64,000 nucleotides of DNA from assembly GCF_009914755.1 (NCBI RefSeq), contig NC_060947.1; one strand, written 5' to 3'. Of the stretch, positions 57,068 through 64,000 are shown one piece after another. The stretch comes from the human T2T-CHM13v2.0 reference genome, Homo sapiens. Both the position numbers and the translations under genes were made by a program. The notes beneath the pieces were generated by a model that made no database searches, was not told where the DNA came from, and worked only from the letters and a program-made list of their open reading frames with translations. Within the stretch, counting starts at the first letter, position 1; the number at the start of each line of letters is the position of its first letter.

Positions 57068-57141
57068 TAGGAATGTAACAGCAACATGCAAAGCAGTACT
57101 TGCCTATATGCCCATGTGATTTTAAAAATATACATATAGCT

Positions 57142-57573
<432 letters not shown>

Positions 57574-58217
57574 TCATAACCTGTCCACTTCTCCAAGGAC
57601 TTCCTAGGGCAAGAATTAGATTCCTTCCCCATCCACCCAAACCCATGGGCCAGTCTGGACCAAACAGCCCCTCATGGCTAGCAGGGAGAATCCCATGGTT
57701 GCAGCGGGCTGGGTGATAAACCAGCCCAGAAAGAAGCAGGAGCTACGAGCCATGTCCTCAGACTCCCAAATGTGAGACTGTGGAGGCATTAGCAGGTCAC
57801 ATTGAGAAGCTCAGAAAAAGAAATCACTTATAAAATTATTACTACTGCTTTCTGACTTAAATTTGCCTTAAACATTAAGATCATAGTTTAAATCTTTAAT
57901 TGATAATCATTTTTGGATAGCATTTTACAGTGTACAAGGTTTTTCGCATAACAGTGTTTGAGGTAGACAGGGCAAGAATTATGGCCTCTTGTTTTACAGA
58001 GGAAGAAAATTTTACTCAGGGAGTAAAATTCCAAGTGGCAGTTAGGATTGGAGCCTAAGCCTCTTGATCCTAAGATCACAGCTATGCTTTGCTCCCTCTC
58101 CACAAATATTCCTGTCATCTCCTCCCCACAAATATTCATGTATACCTTTATGATAGTTACAATTTTCAAGATGCATGTCATATATCAGTAGAAATTATAG
58201 AGAAAACATTCATCTAA

Positions 58218-58857
58218 AGCAGCGATTTTGAACCCTAGTATGTTCCAGGCTCACCTAATTAGCTTGATTTAATCATTTCACAATGCAAACATACATCAAA
58301 ACATCATACTGTACGTACCTTATAAGTACCCACAATTATTTGTCAGTTAAAAATAAAATTAAAAACAAACACTGATGCGCTGCCCCACCCTTGGAGAGGA
58401 TGAGTTCATGATCTGTGATAAAGCCTGAGCATTGTGTTTTAAAAAGTTCCCCAGGTGATTCTAGCATGGAGTGGGAGTTGAGAACCACTGATTTCATGCA
58501 ATGATTCTGAAACGTAATGTTCATAGCAATCAACTGAAGGGCTTGTTAAACATGAGGCTTGTCAGGCCCCATCCCCAGAGGGTCTGATTGAGAGAGTCTA
58601 CAAGTAATGGCAGGGACTGAATGTTTGTAACAAGTCCCCAAGTGATGCCAATGCAGGGGTCCTTAGACCATTCTTGGAGAATCACTGTCCCAGGTGTTCG
58701 TAACTCACAGTTACTCCAAGTGTGTAACTCAAAGTGTGGTCCTAGGATCAGCATCACATGGGTGTTGCTTGTTAGACATGCAGAATTTCAGGGGCCACCT
58801 GCAGACCACCTGCATCAGAATGTGCATTTTAACAGGACTCCCAAGGTAGCTTATATG
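58218..58857. mobile_element. Cluster of three MER5A/B-like hAT-Charlie MITEs, the first interrupted by an L1MA 3' end (~58256-58368, +)
   Basis: Repeated ...CCCCAGGTGATTCT...TTGAGAACCACTG, ...TTGGAGAATCACTG and CTCAAAGTGTGGTCC...GCAGAATTTCAGG motifs. Confidence 0.65.
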
Positions 58858-59831
58858 GACTAGACCTTTTCTGCCAAGGACCCCAAAGCATCTTACAGAT
58901 AAAGCATTTGAGCTCTCGATGGAGGGGAACATCTGTGTTGGGGAGGGCAGGGGGCACAGCCTCTGTCTTAATAGTCAGGGTGCACTTGGTTCAACATTCC
59001 CCTGTGAGCTGGGATCAGTAGGCACAGGCCGCTGACACAGGCACTGTTGCCCTGCCTTCTACATCTCCCACAGTCTGTGACTTGCCTGACTTCACCTGGT
59101 GGACTGTAGAATCAGAACTCCTGACTTGGTCTCAGAGTTAGATGGGGTAATTCCAAAGAATGGTAAAAATAAACCAAATTGGGAAACTTAACAAAAAACG
59201 GTGAATTTCCCATACCACAGCATAAGTCCTTCCTGCCTCAGGGTTGTGGAACAGGGTTGGAGCAGAAGTTACTTCCTGCTTGTGGAGGTAACCTGCTAGG
59301 GCAGAAAAGTAGATCCAATGCTATCTTATCATCTCTCTGCTCCCCCTTGTACCTGTTTTCTCAGGAGACTGAGAAGTCAGGCAGATAGAGAGCTGCTTTC
59401 TCAAATTTCAGCAGCTCTATCAGATCCCAGAAAAGGAAGGTGCATCAGAAAATCTCCCCCTAGGCTAATAGAGTTAGTGATCCTGAATTGGGGTGTTTCC
59501 AGCCCACAACTCTGGCCAAACAGCACCTGCTGAGGTGGATAGATATAGTTCCTCTAGACAGGCCACCTTCAGCTCTCTTTCTAGTAGGACCTTTCCCCCA
59601 GTGAAAACCAAATATCCTTCTTCTTGCAAAGCCATTGAACATAAACAGAAATTTTGATTCTCATTGTAGAAGCATGAGAATGAAGGCCCCAAAATGCTCC
59701 ATTACATACCTGAAATCAGTTAGAAAGCTGGTGGTGAAGTTTTCATTCAGTCAATATTGTTACACAAAAGGTACATATCTCCCTGGGTCTGCTGAAGTAT
59801 CCTTAGTCCCTTTATCAATAACAGTAGCGGT

Positions 59832-60440
<609 letters not shown>

Positions 60441-60567
60441 TAACAGTAGCAGCACTATCAGCTGCTGATTCTTGAGTGCTTACTATGTGCCACTGTTCTA
60501 AGTGCTTTACATGGCTTAGATTTATTTAATCGTTGCAATAAACTTATGAGGCAAGGTACTGTTATTC

Positions 60568-60878
60568 CCAAGATCACAGTGCGCCAGCAAGGTTAGTTTC
60601 TTCTGAGGCCTCTCTTTGGTTTGCAGATGGCCACCCTCATGCTGCCTCTTCACTTGGTCCTTTCTCTACACACACATCCCTAGTGTCTCTTGTTTAGCCA
60701 AATTTCCTCTTATAAGGACACACATCTGATTGCATAGAGCCCACTGTAATGGCCTCCTTTGAACCTAATCACCTCTTTGAAGGCCCTTTCTGCAGATACT
60801 GTACAGTCACATTCTGAAGTACTGAGAGTTAGGGCTCCAACATATGAATTTTGGGGGGACACAATTCAGCTCATAGCA
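60568..60878 (-). mobile_element. MLT1A-like (ERVL-MaLR) LTR
   Basis: TTCTGAGGCCTCTCT...TTGCAGATGGCC...CTTATAAGGACAC...CAGTCACATTCTGA...GGGGGACACAATTCAGC. Confidence 0.8.
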
Positions 60879-63712
60879 CCCATACTACCCTACATAGAAA
60901 CCATTGTTTCTTCCCCTCACCCTGCTTTCCTTCCTCCCTCCCTCCCCTCTGCCTTTCCTTCCTCCTTCCTTTTCCGCCATCTCATAGCAGATGTGCTGGT
61001 GTATCTGTTACATTAACAGCTAATACTTTCCAAATAAATGTGAGGCTGTAGTCAACTAACTTATCAAAAATGTTTAAGTAACCTCTCCTGACATTGAAAC
61101 TTCTTTGTTGGGCTGTCTCTTAACTAGTGATTCCAGCCAATCTGGTCAATCTTTGTGCTCTTTTTCTAAAGTGATGCTTAGAAAAGCTGGGAATGTCTCC
61201 ATTTGCCTATGTATTTGCAATTGGTTTAGGTCTGGTTCTTTTAGATGGTTGGGATCCCTCTTGGACTACTCTGGCTTTAGGGCTTTTTGCCTTGCAGCCC
61301 CTTAGTTGAGCTCAGATTGACTTAACATGAGACACATGAGGATTGGCAACTCTTTCTTAAACCTGATGATCCAATTAGGTTGTAAGCCAGCTTTTGACTT
61401 TTGCCCTTCCTTCTTGGCCCTTTATCTTTTTAATTATTTTATTTTTTTGCTCATTAGCAGTAATGAGGAAGCAAGAAAAATAAAATGAACTGATTAGTGT
61501 GTGTACTGGTACCATAGACATACATATACTCACATACACAAAGACAGAGTGACAGGGCATTGGAAGTAGTTGTGACAGTCAGCTAAAGGATTTGGGGCCC
61601 TCAGTGAATTTCCATGTGTTCTACTCTGCCCTGTGACTTACTGGCACCAGGATTTGCAAATCAGCTAGAGAATGCCTAGGCTTCAGTTTCTCTGGGTTCT
61701 CCATCTTTAAAGCTGAACCCTAAAAGAAGGACTGTGTATTCCAGTGGCCCATATTACAAGTAAGTGCTCTTTACACCTAGGATCCTGGAAAAAGGTCTTT
61801 TTCTAGATTCAGATGAATTATATTAAAGGGCAATTTCCAGTGATATGCCCTTTTGTTTCTTGGAGTGAAGGAGGGGAAGTACATGATGAACCTATTGATT
61901 ATTAGATTAGCAGGGAGCTCAAAGCTTGTCTGATGTCATCTTATCTTCCAGAGGGTAAATTTAGGAGGATAAATGACGAGTTTCAGTAGTCAAGGTGGGT
62001 GTCCCCAGAACCCATATCTCTTGACTGAGACTTCAGAATTATTTTTCTATTCCATGAATGAAATTCAGGGAGAGTTTGTGTGCTGGTGATAGAGTCTCTT
62101 CCTTGATAAATGCACAAACACACAATTTTGCAGACAATTTCAGGAGGGACACAGACTACAACTTCCTCTCCTAGCCCCTCTCCCCTCTGTAAGCCCACCT
62201 ATTCATCCCATGTTAATGTCTTCCTGCCTAGGCTACAAATAGTTCATAGTTTAGGGAATAGATGTGCTGTCTAGTGTGTGAGTTCCTTGTTATAGCCGCT
62301 GGCCATTTGTCCTGATGGTGATACTGGGTTCCTTATCTATACCCGTGACTTTGCAAAGAATATCATCCAATCCAGGATAAACCACTTTCAGGAAATTAAA
62401 GCCAAGGAGTGGAAGCTAAGTAGGGTGTCCATGGAACCTGGTTACAGATTAGATTTTCAGTTACAGTACTCACGTGCAAAGCTAGTGATCTGGCCCTGAA
62501 ATGAGACACTGGGCCCATGCTGCAACTTCAGCGCTCTGCTTTTCACCCTCTAACCCCCATGAGAGTTTCTTCTGAATGCAGAATGTTGTTAGCAAGGGAG
62601 ACTGGATACAGAAAAGAAAGTGAAGATACTATATCAGCCCTCTTCCCAGACCAAAAACTCTAGCCTGGCCTGCATTTGTGTTTGTACCCATCTGTCTTCT
62701 ACTAGGAGAAGCATGATAATTATTCTTTTCATCAAGCTCCTTTCTTCTTCAAGGCCTAAAGCCTCAAGTACATTATTATCTTATTATCAAACTTGCCCAT
62801 TATTATATATCCATGTTGATCTATTATGTTAGTTCCTTTTTACCCCCTTTACTACCACTCTCCTTTTGCCCAGTTCTTTCTGCTCTGTTGGATGGGATGG
62901 TTCTTTTGAGTATTCCTAACTTTCAGACTGAGTGGAAGAAGATAGTAATGATTCTGTCATTACTGGGGTGTCTAGCCTCCATTCACAAACACTATATTGA
63001 TGTTCTTGGGATGCAGCTTTTCCACTGACACACCTTGTACCCATGTGTGCTGCTGGAAAAACCTTGTTGTCACCAATGCAGATAGGCTTGAAAATCTCAC
63101 TCTTTGCTAATTGGCACATCGAAATGTGCTAGTTGACCTAGAAAAGTTATTTCTGTGACTGGCAAATTGGGCTATTTTAAAAAGTTATAGTTTGGATTTT
63201 GGACCTGAACTGAGGACAGAATGTCCCTTTATTATCCTGAGGGTTCTTAAAGCGTACAAAGCTTGGTTTCAAAAGAGGTATTAATTTTCTAAAGAATTGA
63301 GTGAGGCACAATAGTGCCTCAACCTTCTGCAAAGGCCAGTATGTTTCTGATCAGATGAATGCATTGTGTCTGAGGATGTGGGGGGTATTGAGATGAGTTT
63401 GGGATTCCTGGTCCAAACCAAATTCTAGGGACTATCCTAGAATATGTCAACTTAGTAGCTTTATTTTAAGACTAAGCTTTGAGGGTCTTAAATCCTTGAT
63501 GAATCCAGCCTAGATCACACCAGTCAAACCACAGATTTTTATTGAGCACTTTCCTGTGTTAAGTATCATGCCATGTGCTGCAGAAGATACAAAAACAACC
63601 AGTGTACATTCCTGGTCCTCAAAGAACTTGCAGTTTAGTTAGAAAGATAAAGTATAAATGCCTGAAAAGTTATGGCAATATTAAAGTTGAAAACATGAAA
63701 AAGGAAAAATCA

Positions 63713-64000
<288 letters not shown>

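Overview
Primate, almost certainly human, genomic DNA lying entirely inside TMEM164 (Xq23), which is transcribed on the + strand. Only two small coding exons are present: 15183-15232 (IFLLACPPCRGAIVVFK) and 56986-57052 ([23 protein letters not shown]), separated by an intron of about 41.7 kb. Two intronic miRNA loci are recognisable: MIR652, which sits in a small hAT-type MITE, and MIR3978, which looks derived from a MIR SINE. The rest is dense in transposons: about 30 Alus, a full-length antisense L1PA4/5-like element with a 14-bp TSD and an 840-aa open ORF2 remnant, a 5.7-kb L1PA15/16-like element, older L1M/L2/MIR copies, a near-complete HSMAR2 mariner, and Tigger2, MER30, MER46C, MER53, MER58A, MER5A and LTR relics. 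Almost all ORFs in the supplied track are repeat-derived or spurious. I see no new multi-gene system. The most interesting candidate is the L1 antisense ORF0 copy (44283-44389): an apparent 1-nt insertion puts its splice donor in frame with the downstream TMEM164 exon, predicting an ORF0-TMEM164 chimera that lacks the catalytic cysteine. Gene, miRNA and repeat-subfamily names come from recalled sequences and need BLAT/RepeatMasker confirmation. Boundaries of old repeats are approximate.
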